NCBI GenBank assembly: GCA_046713375.1
Contig: JBKKBV010000080.1
Span: 1-35,465, forward strand
Length of the DNA: 35,465 nt
DNA from: Candidatus Limnocylindria bacterium
GTDB lineage: Bacteria; Chloroflexota; Limnocylindria; QHBO01
Reading direction: 5' to 3'
The notes beneath the pieces were generated by a model. It was not told the origin of the DNA. It did no database searches and saw nothing but the letters and a program-made list of their open reading frames with translations. The position numbers and the translations under genes are program-made. This document shows, one piece after another, positions 17,983 through 28,317 of the stretch; within the stretch, counting starts at the first letter, position 1, and each line of letters starts with the position of its first letter.

Positions 17983-18707
17983 CTGACCGCGGCGGGACCC
18001 GGACCGCGGTCTGGCAGTGCCCGGAAGAGGAGGCCGGCCAGGACGCCGGCCGCAAACCCGCCGATATGGGCCAGGTAGGCAACCCCACCAGCCCCGGTCG
18101 GGTCGGCGAGGCTCGAGATCACCTGGAGCGCGATCCACATACCGATTGCCACCAGCGCCGGGATCTGCACCAGGAAGCGGATGACGAACGCGGTGACGCG
18201 GTTTCGCGGGAAGAGGACGAGGTAGGCGCCCAGCACGCCCGAGATGGCGCCCGAGGCGCCCAGCGAGGGGATCGGCGAGGTCGGGTCACTGAATGTCTGG
18301 GCCAGCGAGCCCACAACGCCAGCCGCCAGGTAGGCCACGAGGTACGGAACGTGGCCGGCGCGGTGCTCGACGTTGTCGCCGAAGATCCACAGGAAGAGCA
18401 TGTTGCCGCCGAGGTGCAGCCAGCTGCCGTGCATGAACATGCTGGACAGGAGCGTCACGTAGATCGGATCCGGTCCCGGCGCCTGGGGGATGAGGTACTC
18501 GGTCCCGCCGATCAGCACCGGCTCTGCCTGGATCAGGTCGACGCCGGTGGTGATCTCTCGCGCGATCGAGCTCCAGCCGTAGGTGAACGCGTTGTCAGCG
18601 GTGCCATCCTGCAGGAGAAGAAAGACCGCGACATTGACCGCGATCAGGCCGAGGCTGACCCAGGCCAGGCCCCTGCCCGGAAGGTTCTCGTCACCAATCG
18701 GAAACAT
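17979..18707 (-). CDS. rhomboid-family intramembrane serine protease
   Basis: 242 aa. Motifs HGSWLHLGGNMLFLWIFG, catalytic LGASGAISGVLGAY and AHIGGFAAG. ATG 18705-18707. The track ORF extension to 19214 is low complexity. Confidence 0.88.
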   Translation of the reverse strand: MFPIGDENLPGRGLAWVSLGLIAVNVAVFLLLQDGTADNAFTYGWSSIAREITTGVDLIQAEPVLIGGTEYLIPQAPGPDPIYVTLLSSMFMHGSWLHLGGNMLFLWIFGDNVEHRAGHVPYLVAYLAAGVVGSLAQTFSDPTSPIPSLGASGAISGVLGAYLVLFPRNRVTAFVIRFLVQIPALVAIGMWIALQVISSLADPTGAGGVAYLAHIGGFAAGVLAGLLFRALPDRGPGPAAVR

Positions 18708-18827
18708 CGGTGAGGAGTATGGAGGGTCGGTCCAGGGGAGGCGGAGCCTGGGCAGGATCGCGCTGCGCGACGGTCCGGGGCAGGCGCGCCCAGCAGGCTC
18801 CGACACCAGCGCGCCTAAGATGGACCG

Positions 18828-19856
18828 ATGAGCACGGCCACGCTGGACCGGCTGCTCGCCATCCTGATCGGCGCTCAGGTTGTCACCGGTCTCGTCACGC
18901 TCCGCGCGGGATCGCCGACCGCCGCTCCGCTGTTCGTGGTCCATGGTCTCCTCGGCGGGGCGCTCGCCGCCGCGGTCGTCGTCAAGCTGCGACGCAGCCT
19001 TCCGCGAGCGATCGCGGCCGGGCGGTGGGGCACGACCGCCATCTCTCTGGCCCTCTTCTTGGCCGTGGCGCTGGCGCTGGCTGGAGGCTTTGGCTGGGTC
19101 GCCTCGGGAAGGATCGTGTCGATCGGCCCATGGACGATCCTGACCCTCCACGTCCTGGTCGGGCTGGCAGTGGTCCCGATCGCGATCGCGCATCTCATTC
19201 CGAGGCGCTGGCACGTCCTGCGGCCGATCTGGCGCCGCGCACGGCCCGCCGCTGCGGGACGCGTGGCGAGCGCCAGGGTCCTGTCGCGACGCGCGGCGCT
19301 GCAGATGGTGACGATGGCCGGGATCGGGGCGCTCGCCTGGGCGGCCAGCAATGCACTCGACACGCTGGCGGGCGGGTTGCGACGATTCACGGGATCGCGG
19401 TGGCTGCCCTCCGGCGGGGTTCCGCCGGCGACCACCTTCTTCGGCGAGGGAACGCCGGAGGTCGACGCGTCGACCTGGCGCCTGGCCGTTCGCGGCCTCG
19501 TCGATGCTCCCCTCGATCTGTCACTCGCGGACCTCGGAGCGCTGGGCGAGGTCGAGCGCGAGGCTGTCCTGGATTGCACGTCGGGATGGGCGCTGCGCAC
19601 GATGTGGCGAGGTGTCCCGCTCGACGCCGTCCTGTCCGCGGCCGGGGTGAGCGGCCGCGCGACCCGCGTGGTCATCCGATCGGTCACCGGCTGGTACGCG
19701 GAGCTTCCGCTTGGAGAGGCACGGGCGGCGCTGCTCGCCACCGCCGTGGCCGGCACGCCGCTGCCACACGGCAATGGGGCCCCGTGCCGACTGGTGGCTC
19801 CGGATCGACGCGGGCTGGAGTGGGTGAAGTGGGTCAGCCAGGTTGAGGCGCGCTGA
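18828..19856 (+). CDS. membrane-anchored molybdopterin-dependent oxidoreductase (sulfite oxidase/MsrP-like fold)
   Basis: Four N-terminal TM helices and an internal SRRAALQ motif followed by a hydrophobic stretch. Then WRLAVRGLVDAPLDLSLADL, LDCTSGW and GNGAPCRLVAPDRRGLEWVKWV, typical of the Oxidored_molyb domain. Confidence 0.8.
   Translation: MSTATLDRLLAILIGAQVVTGLVTLRAGSPTAAPLFVVHGLLGGALAAAVVVKLRRSLPRAIAAGRWGTTAISLALFLAVALALAGGFGWVASGRIVSIGPWTILTLHVLVGLAVVPIAIAHLIPRRWHVLRPIWRRARPAAAGRVASARVLSRRAALQMVTMAGIGALAWAASNALDTLAGGLRRFTGSRWLPSGGVPPATTFFGEGTPEVDASTWRLAVRGLVDAPLDLSLADLGALGEVEREAVLDCTSGWALRTMWRGVPLDAVLSAAGVSGRATRVVIRSVTGWYAELPLGEARAALLATAVAGTPLPHGNGAPCRLVAPDRRGLEWVKWVSQVEAR
19284..19304 (+). 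other. internal twin-arginine (Tat) consensus S-R-R-A-A-L-Q
   Basis: The codons tcg cga cgc gcg gcg ctg cag were read directly. They are followed by the hydrophobic stretch MVTMAGIGALAWAA and an ASNA-like cleavage or anchor end. Confidence 0.6.
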
Positions 19857-19859
19857 CGG

Positions 19860-21756
<1,897 letters not shown>

Positions 21757-21769
21757 ACTCACGCGACCG

Positions 21770-22765
21770 ATGGATAGCACTCCGAATCGCACCTGCCTGG
21801 CGCGACTCCCCGGCGGCAAGCTACAGGAGCTCGGCCCCGCGGAGCTCGACACCATCGACGGCTTGCGAGCGAAGGCCGAGCATGTCGTCTGGCTCGACAT
21901 CGCGTCGCCGACGGCCGACGACCTGGCACTCCTGCGCGAGGAGTTCGCCGTCCATCCGCTGGCCCTGGAGGACCTCGAGAAGCGCAGGCAGCGCCCGAAG
22001 CTCGACACGTACGGGGAGCAGCAGATGATCGTGACCTACGAGGTCCTCGAGGCGACCGGTGGCGATCGCTTCTTCGACCTCGGCGAGCTCCACTTCTTCG
22101 CGGGACCCGGCTACCTCGTCAGCGTCCGATGGCAGGCATCGCCCGCTATCGAGGAGGTCGAGCGGCGCTTTCGGGAGCGGCCGGATGCGGTGGCCCGGAC
22201 GCCGGGGTCGCTGCTGTACGCCATCCTCGACGCCAGCGTCGACGGATTCTTTCCTCTCCTCGATCGACTCGCCGACAAGATCGAGGGCCTCGAGGACCAG
22301 ATCCTGGCAGGCGGGCAGATCGGCGACACCCTGCGCAGCATCCTGCGTCTGAAGCGGGAGCTGCTCGAGCTGCGACGCACCATATCGCCGCAGCGGGACG
22401 TGGCCAACGCGTTGCTGCGCCGGGATCTGCCGCTGGTCGACGACGCATCGGCTCCCTATTTCCAGGACCTCTACGACCACCTCATCAGGGTGCTCGACCA
22501 GCTGGACCTGCAACGCGACCTGCTGGCATCCGCACTCGAGGCCAACCTGTCGGTCACCAGCAACAACCTGAACGCGGTGATGAAGCGACTGACCGCCTTC
22601 ACCGTGATCATCATGGTCCCTACCCTGATCGCCGGCATCTACGGCATGAACTTCCATTTCATGCCCGAGCTGAGCTGGCCGCTCGGCTATCCCTTCGCGC
22701 TGGGAGTGATGGCGGTCGCGATGGTCGGCGCGGCCATCTTCTTCAAGCTCAAGGATTGGTTCTGA
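21770..22765 (+). CDS. corA: CorA-family magnesium/cobalt transporter
   Basis: 331 aa. N-terminal VWLDIASPTADDLALLREEFAVHPLALEDL and a C-terminal two-TM region with the YGMNF (GMN) motif. ATG 21770 lies 13 nt after the lectin-like gene. Confidence 0.9.
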   Translation: MDSTPNRTCLARLPGGKLQELGPAELDTIDGLRAKAEHVVWLDIASPTADDLALLREEFAVHPLALEDLEKRRQRPKLDTYGEQQMIVTYEVLEATGGDRFFDLGELHFFAGPGYLVSVRWQASPAIEEVERRFRERPDAVARTPGSLLYAILDASVDGFFPLLDRLADKIEGLEDQILAGGQIGDTLRSILRLKRELLELRRTISPQRDVANALLRRDLPLVDDASAPYFQDLYDHLIRVLDQLDLQRDLLASALEANLSVTSNNLNAVMKRLTAFTVIIMVPTLIAGIYGMNFHFMPELSWPLGYPFALGVMAVAMVGAAIFFKLKDWF

Positions 22766-23796
22766 TGGCGGCCTCGCCGGGTGACGTCCCGGCCATCGAG
22801 GCGGTCGACCTGGTGCGCAACTACCAGACTCACACGGGGGTCCTGCGCCGCCGGCCAATGACCGTCGAGGCGGTGCGCGGCATCAGCTTCGCGGTGCGGC
22901 CCGGCGAGCTGTTCGGGCTGCTGGGGCCGAACGGAGCCGGCAAGACGACCACGATCAAGATGCTGATCACCCTCCTGCTGCCGACCTCAGGCACGGCAAG
23001 CGTGATGGGCTTCGACGTGGTGCGCGATACGACCGCGGTTCGCCAGCGCATCGGCTACGTCTTCGGCGGGGATCGCGGGCTGTACGACCGGGTCAGCGGG
23101 ATCGACAACCTGCGCTACTTCGCTGAGCTGTACGGGGTCGAGCCGTCGGAGCAGCGGTGCCGGATCGCCGCGCTGCTGGAGCTCGTGGGCCTGACCGGCA
23201 GGGAGAACGAGAAGGTGGAGGGGTACAGCCGCGGCATGCGCCAACGCCTCCATATCGCACGCGGCCTGCTCCACGACCCGGAGGTCATCTTCATGGACGA
23301 GCCTTCGATCGGCCTGGATCCGGTGGGGGCGCGTGAGCTGCGCCAGACCGTGCGGTCGCTGGTCGACGCCGGCAAGACGGTGCTGCTGACCACCCATTAC
23401 ATGTTCGAGGCCGATGCCCTCTGCGACCGGATCGCGGTGATCAACGCCGGCCGCATTGTCGCGCTCGGGACGGGAGCGGACCTGAAAGATGCGATCGCCG
23501 AGCGCACCATCGTGGAGATCGAGACCTTCGGCGTGACGGACGAGGCCGTCGAACGCCTGCGCGGGGACGACGATGTCAGCGCCATCAACGTCGAGGAGCG
23601 CGACCAGAGCCAGATCCTCCTGGTCCAGAGCGACCGTGGCGCGCATATCACCCAACGCCTCCTCGCGCTCCTCGGCGACACGCGGGTTGGCAAGGTGGTC
23701 GCGCGCGAGCCGACCCTCGAGGACGCCTACGTCCACCTCATCGCCACCACCGGCGACGACGAGGCGCGAGCGGCGCGGGCCGCATTGGTTCAGTAG
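22765..23796 (+). CDS. ABC transporter ATP-binding protein (ABC-2/DrrA-like)
   Basis: Walker A GPNGAGKTT, signature YSRGMRQRL, Walker B VIFMDEPS and H-loop TTHYM, plus a C-terminal domain of about 100 aa. The ATG overlaps the corA stop (TGATG). Confidence 0.93.
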   Translation: MAASPGDVPAIEAVDLVRNYQTHTGVLRRRPMTVEAVRGISFAVRPGELFGLLGPNGAGKTTTIKMLITLLLPTSGTASVMGFDVVRDTTAVRQRIGYVFGGDRGLYDRVSGIDNLRYFAELYGVEPSEQRCRIAALLELVGLTGRENEKVEGYSRGMRQRLHIARGLLHDPEVIFMDEPSIGLDPVGARELRQTVRSLVDAGKTVLLTTHYMFEADALCDRIAVINAGRIVALGTGADLKDAIAERTIVEIETFGVTDEAVERLRGDDDVSAINVEERDQSQILLVQSDRGAHITQRLLALLGDTRVGKVVAREPTLEDAYVHLIATTGDDEARAARAALVQ

Positions 23797-23806
23797 GGCC
23801 GATGCG

Positions 23807-24595
23807 ATGAGTTGGCAGCGAACGCTGCGGCTGGTCTGGTTCGTCACCTGGTTCAACGTGCGGATCCTGCTGGCCAGCGAGTTCTTCATCCTGACCACCT
23901 TCATCGCGCCGCTCATCTTCGCCACCCTCGCCTTCTTCCTGTTCCAGTCAGGCGGCGGGACGGCCGGGCAGACCCTCCTGTACGTTGCCCTCGGCGCGGG
24001 CATGATGGGCGTCTGGAGCACGACCCTCTTCGGTTGCGGCGGTGCCATCGCGTGGCAGCGCTGGGAGGGCACCCTTGAGCTCCTGGTCAATGCCCCCTCA
24101 CGCTATGACTACATCCTGGTCGGGCAGACCTTCGGAGCCGTCGTCTTCGGCTTCTACGGAATCGTGGCCACGCTGGCGTGGGGTGTCCTCCTCTTCGGAA
24201 TGCCGATTGAGGCGACCTACCCGCTGATCCTGCCGCTGTCGCTGGTGGCGGCGATCGTCTCGCTCGGATCGCTCGGCATGCTGATCGCCACAACCTTCGT
24301 CCTGTACCGGCATGCCAACGCGCTCGGGAACCTGCTCGAGTACCCGATCTGGCTGCTCGCCGGACTCCTGGTGCCGGTCGCCACCCTCCCGTTCTGGGTT
24401 CAGCCGATCAGCTGGCTGCTGGCGCCGACCTGGGGGATGGAGGCGATTCGCGGGGCCGCAATCGGAACGAATGCGCCGATCCTGGCCATCGTGATGTGCT
24501 TCGTCCTGGCCGTCGTGTACTACGTCGCGGCCCGCGTCACCCTCGTCTTCGTGCTGGCCAAGGCCAGGCGCGATGCAACCCTCTCGCTGCAATGA
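23807..24595 (+). CDS. ABC-2 type transporter permease
   Basis: 262 aa with about 6 TM. ATG lies 10 nt after the ATPase stop. It ends KARRDATLSLQ, paralogous to the end of the next gene (RSARRDATLDVR). Confidence 0.85.
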   Translation: MSWQRTLRLVWFVTWFNVRILLASEFFILTTFIAPLIFATLAFFLFQSGGGTAGQTLLYVALGAGMMGVWSTTLFGCGGAIAWQRWEGTLELLVNAPSRYDYILVGQTFGAVVFGFYGIVATLAWGVLLFGMPIEATYPLILPLSLVAAIVSLGSLGMLIATTFVLYRHANALGNLLEYPIWLLAGLLVPVATLPFWVQPISWLLAPTWGMEAIRGAAIGTNAPILAIVMCFVLAVVYYVAARVTLVFVLAKARRDATLSLQ

Positions 24596-25425
24596 CAGCG
24601 CTGACGACCCCGATCTCGCGCATCGCACCCGACACGCTCCGATCTGCATGGCGCGTCTTCTGGTATGGCGGCCGGATGAGCTACGGAATGCTCTTCAACT
24701 GGGCTCGACCCTCGATCTACATTCCCACCCTCATCGGCGGCCCGACGTTCCAGCTCTTCTTCTTCGCCTCGCTGGGCTCCTACGCGACCGACCGGTCGCC
24801 GGCGTACTTCGCGATCGGTAACGCGGTCCAGGTGTCGGCACTGGCAGGCGTCTTCGGCATGACCATGGCGATCGCCAACGAGCGCTGGTTCGGGACGCTC
24901 CCCGCCCTGCTGGCCACGCCCGCCAACCGAGCGGCTGTCTTCGCCGGCCGCTTCATGCCGTTCATCCTGAACGGCCTGCTGGTGTCGCTCTACGCGTTTG
25001 GGCTGGGGGTCGTCTTCCTTGGCGTGCGGCTCGCACCCGGCTCCATTGCGGTGGCCGGTCTGGCATTGCTGGTGACCGTCTTCTCGTGCACGGCCATCGG
25101 TGCGCTGCAGGGCGCCATCTCGCTCCGCCTGCGCGACGGCCTGTTCGGCGCCAACCTGATCACCATGGCGATCCTGCTGTTCTGCGGCGTGAACATCCCG
25201 CTGAATGAGCTGCCCGGCTGGATGCAGGTGGTCGGCAACCTGCTGCCTTTCACCCACGGCGTCGAGGCCGTTCGCCAGGCGGCGGATGGGGCCGGATTCG
25301 ATCAGGTCGGCTGGCTGATCGGCATCGAGGCGCTGGTGGGGGTCGCCTACGCGGCGTCCGCCTTTGCGCTCTTCGTCATTCTCGAGCGGTCAGCGCGCCG
25401 CGACGCCACGCTGGACGTGCGCTAG
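24592..25425 (+). CDS. ABC-2 type transporter permease (second subunit)
   Basis: 277 aa with about 6 TM. The ATG overlaps the preceding stop as ATGA. Confidence 0.85.
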   Translation: MTALTTPISRIAPDTLRSAWRVFWYGGRMSYGMLFNWARPSIYIPTLIGGPTFQLFFFASLGSYATDRSPAYFAIGNAVQVSALAGVFGMTMAIANERWFGTLPALLATPANRAAVFAGRFMPFILNGLLVSLYAFGLGVVFLGVRLAPGSIAVAGLALLVTVFSCTAIGALQGAISLRLRDGLFGANLITMAILLFCGVNIPLNELPGWMQVVGNLLPFTHGVEAVRQAADGAGFDQVGWLIGIEALVGVAYAASAFALFVILERSARRDATLDVR

Positions 25426-25438
25426 CCTCACCGATGTG

Positions 25439-26449
25439 ATGATTCGGCGGCTCCTCTTGTTCCTGCTCGCCGTCGCCCTTGTGGGCGGCATCGCCTACAC
25501 CGCCTACGTGGGCTACGAGGGCTCGCGCCAGCTGGTCGAGGGGGGCGGCAGCCATCGCGATTGCCGGACGCCCGACCAGCTGTTCGGGTGGACCTACGAG
25601 GCGATCAATTACGACATCGCCGACGACGCGCTGCTGGCGGAGCGCAATACCGACCAGAAGAACTGCACCTACACCGGCACGCTCGCCGGCAACCAGGTGG
25701 TGACCGACGACGGGATCCGGCTCGCCGGCTGGTACATTCCCTCTGCGGATGGCGCGGGTCCGACCGCCCCGACGGTGGTCCTGGTGCATGGCTTCGGGGC
25801 GACCAAGACCGGCATCCTGGAGTACGGCGCGGGGCTGCACGAAACCTTCAACCTCGTCGCCTTCGACATGCGCAATACCCATCGCAGCAGCGGGGAGGAG
25901 TCCACCGTCGGCGTCCTCGAGCAGAAGGACCTGCGCACGATCATCGACTGGCTGGAGGAGACCAAGGGCCCGAGCCACATCGGCGTGCTGGGCAACTCGA
26001 TGGGTGCCGTCACCGCGGTGGCGGAGGCCGGCGACGACCCGCGGGTCGAGGCGCTCGCGCTCGACTCGATGCACACCCGCATGCGCTTCCAGGTCGAGCA
26101 GCGGCTGCAGCACGCCGGCCACCCGGCCTACCCGGGAACGTGGGCGGTCTTCCTGGCCGCGCAGCTCCGCTTCGGCGTCGACCTGGGCTCGGTGGATGCA
26201 GAGGACGCGATCCCGGAGCTGACCCGGCTGCCCGTCCTGCTGTCGCACGGGACCGCGGACACCGAGGATCTGCCGGCGCGCACGCAGGCGTTCTACGACG
26301 ATGCCCTGGCCGGAGGGGTCGAGATCGAGCTGCATTGGTGCGAGGGAGCGGGTCACAACGCGCCGGCCGGCATGCCGGTCTGGGTCTGCCGCGACGACTT
26401 CGCGGGGTGGATGCTGGACTTCTTCAGCCGCACCCTCGTCGACGGCTAG
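25439..26449 (+). CDS. membrane-anchored alpha/beta hydrolase
   Basis: N-terminal TM MIRRLLLFLLAVALVGGIAY. Motifs VVLVHGFGATK, nucleophile elbow GNSMG, LLSHGTADTED and GAGHN (candidate Ser/Asp/His triad). ATG 25439 lies 13 nt after the permease stop. Confidence 0.82.
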   Translation: MIRRLLLFLLAVALVGGIAYTAYVGYEGSRQLVEGGGSHRDCRTPDQLFGWTYEAINYDIADDALLAERNTDQKNCTYTGTLAGNQVVTDDGIRLAGWYIPSADGAGPTAPTVVLVHGFGATKTGILEYGAGLHETFNLVAFDMRNTHRSSGEESTVGVLEQKDLRTIIDWLEETKGPSHIGVLGNSMGAVTAVAEAGDDPRVEALALDSMHTRMRFQVEQRLQHAGHPAYPGTWAVFLAAQLRFGVDLGSVDAEDAIPELTRLPVLLSHGTADTEDLPARTQAFYDDALAGGVEIELHWCEGAGHNAPAGMPVWVCRDDFAGWMLDFFSRTLVDG

Positions 26450-27378
26450 GCTCTCACCCGGTTGCGGTCGAGGCCGGCGAGCAGCCGCATGACCATCCGC
26501 ACCACCACCAGCGCCGAGATCCCGTTGACGTCGAGCGCCGGCACCAGCTCGGTGAAGGCTGCGCCGACCACCCGGTAGCGTTCAGCCACGCCGGCGACGA
26601 GGTCGCCCGCCTCGTCGTAGGAGAGGCCGCCGGGCGACACGCCGCTCACCGCCGGCGCGACCGAGGGGTCGAGCCCGTCGAGGTCGAAGGCGATGAAGAC
26701 CGGCGCGCCGTGCGGCAGCTCTCCGAGGAGCCATTCGACCCCGCGCGCGCGGAGCTCGCGCGCGGTGACGAGCAGATTCCCGGCCGCGCGCGCATCGGAC
26801 ACGTCCGAGGTGCGAGCGCTGCCGACGCCGCGCAGCCCGACCTGCACGATCCGTTCCACGTGATCCATCTCGGCAGCCCGGCGCATGGTTGAGGAGTAGC
26901 CGTCCCGCACACCGCCGACCTCGTCGCGAAAGTCGAGGTGGGCATCTACCTGCAGCACGGTGAGTGGGTCGCCGCCGGCGTAGGCACGCAGGACCGGGAT
27001 CGGAACCGAGTCGTCGCCACCCAGCACGATCGGGACGGCGCCCGTGGCCAGCAGTGATCGAACGGCTGACTCCGCGCGCGACGCGTTGCCCGCCCCGTCG
27101 TCTGCCGTGCCGTCCACGTCGCCCGCATCCACGATCCGAAGCGGGGGCGAGCCGACCAGCATCGGGGCATCGAGATCGAAGTCATGGTGATCGGCGAAGT
27201 TGGCGAGGCGCCGGGAGCGCGCCCGGATGGCGTCGGGCGCATCGGCGCAGCCGGCCGTGTGGCCGGGCGATGGGTAGGGCACCCCGAACGGGATCCCCAG
27301 GATCGCGACCTGCGGCTGCTCGCCGCCAACCTGCTCAGCTCCCATGGCGGGAAGGCCCAGGAAGGTCGTGTCGCTCAC
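26446..27378 (-). CDS. arginase/agmatinase/formiminoglutamase-family ureohydrolase with atypical GGDDS motif
   Basis: Signature 2 is LQVDAHLDF and signature 3 is AFDLDGLDPSVAPAVSGVSPGG. Signature 1 reads LGGDDSVPIP instead of GG-x-H. GTG 27376-27378 overlaps the fur-family stop as GTGA. The N-terminus VSDTTFLGLPA is agmatinase-like. Confidence 0.85.
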   Translation of the reverse strand: MSDTTFLGLPAMGAEQVGGEQPQVAILGIPFGVPYPSPGHTAGCADAPDAIRARSRRLANFADHHDFDLDAPMLVGSPPLRIVDAGDVDGTADDGAGNASRAESAVRSLLATGAVPIVLGGDDSVPIPVLRAYAGGDPLTVLQVDAHLDFRDEVGGVRDGYSSTMRRAAEMDHVERIVQVGLRGVGSARTSDVSDARAAGNLLVTARELRARGVEWLLGELPHGAPVFIAFDLDGLDPSVAPAVSGVSPGGLSYDEAGDLVAGVAERYRVVGAAFTELVPALDVNGISALVVVRMVMRLLAGLDRNRVRA

Positions 27379-27836
27379 GTGCCCGCCGCGGCGGCCGCTG
27401 CACAATCGGCACATCGGCCGACCACGGTCACGTGCGAGAGGTCGACCTCGAACCCGTCTGATGCGCGCAGGCCGTCGATGATCGCTCGCGCGGCGTCGCT
27501 TCGAATCTCCCAGCGGCCGCCGCATGTGGCACAGTGCAGGTGTCCGTGAAGCGCGTCGGGTCCGACGTGAAACTCCTCCCGGCCATCGGCACCGTGCCCG
27601 TGCTGCACCAGGCCGAGCTCCTCGAGCACGTCCAGCGTGCGATACACGGTCGACGGGATAGTGGCCGGATCGATCGCCCGACAGCGTTCGAGCAGCTCGG
27701 TCCCGGTGATGTGCCCATCGCTGCCCGCCAGCGCCTCGACCACGGCGCGCCGCTGGGGGGTCCAGCGCAACCCACGCGCGCGGAGCCGCTGACGGACGCT
27801 GGCCCACGGCTCGGGGAGGGGCTTCGAGGTAGCCAT
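27375..27836 (-). CDS. Fur-family metalloregulator
   Basis: 153 aa. Motifs LRWTPQRRAVVEAL, ATIPSTVYRTLDVLEELGLV and HGHLHCATCG followed by CADC (structural Zn site). The subtype (Fur/Zur/Mur/Nur/PerR) cannot be resolved by eye. Confidence 0.88.
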   Translation of the reverse strand: MATSKPLPEPWASVRQRLRARGLRWTPQRRAVVEALAGSDGHITGTELLERCRAIDPATIPSTVYRTLDVLEELGLVQHGHGADGREEFHVGPDALHGHLHCATCGGRWEIRSDAARAIIDGLRASDGFEVDLSHVTVVGRCADCAAAAAAGT

Positions 27837-27842
27837 GGGGCA

Positions 27843-27854
27843 CAGTATTATCTG
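27843..27854. promoter_or_regulatory. AT-rich element CAGTATTATCTG between fur and the divergent membrane-protein genes (possible Fur-box half-site and/or -10)
   Basis: It is the only AT-rich patch in this 55-bp gap. It reads AGATAATACTG on the fur strand (GATAAT hexamer) and TATTAT on the plus strand, about 40 nt before GTG 27892. Confidence 0.3.
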
Positions 27855-27891
27855 CCGGCGTTCTCCGTGACCCGGGTCATCGCTGTGGAGG

Positions 27892-28287
27892 GTGGTGCAA
27901 GTGGCCGGTGCTCGATACGTCTATCTCGGCATCGTCTGGATCTACCTGGCCGGAATCCTGGTGCAGGTCTTCCTGGCGGGGACTGGCCTGTTCGGCGTCG
28001 CGAGGGATTTCGAGCCGCACATCGGCCTGGGTTGGATCCTGCACATCGTTCCGTTCCTGCTGTTGATCGCGGGAGCCGTGGCCAGGATCGGGTCGCGGTT
28101 GATGTGGTGGACGACCGCGCTGGCGGCGGTGCAGTTCATCCAGCCGCTCCTGGCGTTGGCGCGCCATGACGTGCCGGTCGTGGCGGCCTTCCACCCGGTG
28201 CTGGCGCTGGTCATCTTCTGGCTGGCTCTGACGATCGGCCTCAATGCCTGGCGGCTCGTCCGCGAGCCCGCCCAGGCACCGGTCTAG
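27892..28287 (+). CDS. DUF6220-like small integral membrane protein
   Basis: 131 aa with 4 TM. The segments VQVFLAGTGLFGV and AAVQFIQPLLALA resemble the DUF6220 pattern as I remember it. The start is uncertain (GTG 27892, 27895 or 27901); GGAG lies at 27887-27890. Confidence 0.6.
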   Translation: MVQVAGARYVYLGIVWIYLAGILVQVFLAGTGLFGVARDFEPHIGLGWILHIVPFLLLIAGAVARIGSRLMWWTTALAAVQFIQPLLALARHDVPVVAAFHPVLALVIFWLALTIGLNAWRLVREPAQAPV

Positions 28288-28317
28288 TACATTTCGCAGC
28301 CGACGGAGGTTCGCCCG

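Noticed and set aside
18710-19846. 378-aa plus-strand ORF in another frame over the molybdoenzyme gene, preceded by GAGGAG.
   Set aside because: The translation is Arg/Gly/Ala-rich without motifs. The 18828 frame carries the TM helices, the Tat motif and the MoCo-domain signatures.
21821-24090. Long minus-strand ORFs (21821-22858 and 22987-24090) antisense to corA and the ABC genes. ORF 25376-26356, antisense to the hydrolase gene, is the same kind.
   Set aside because: These are shadow ORFs with biased composition. The sense genes carry GMN, Walker and GxSxG motifs.
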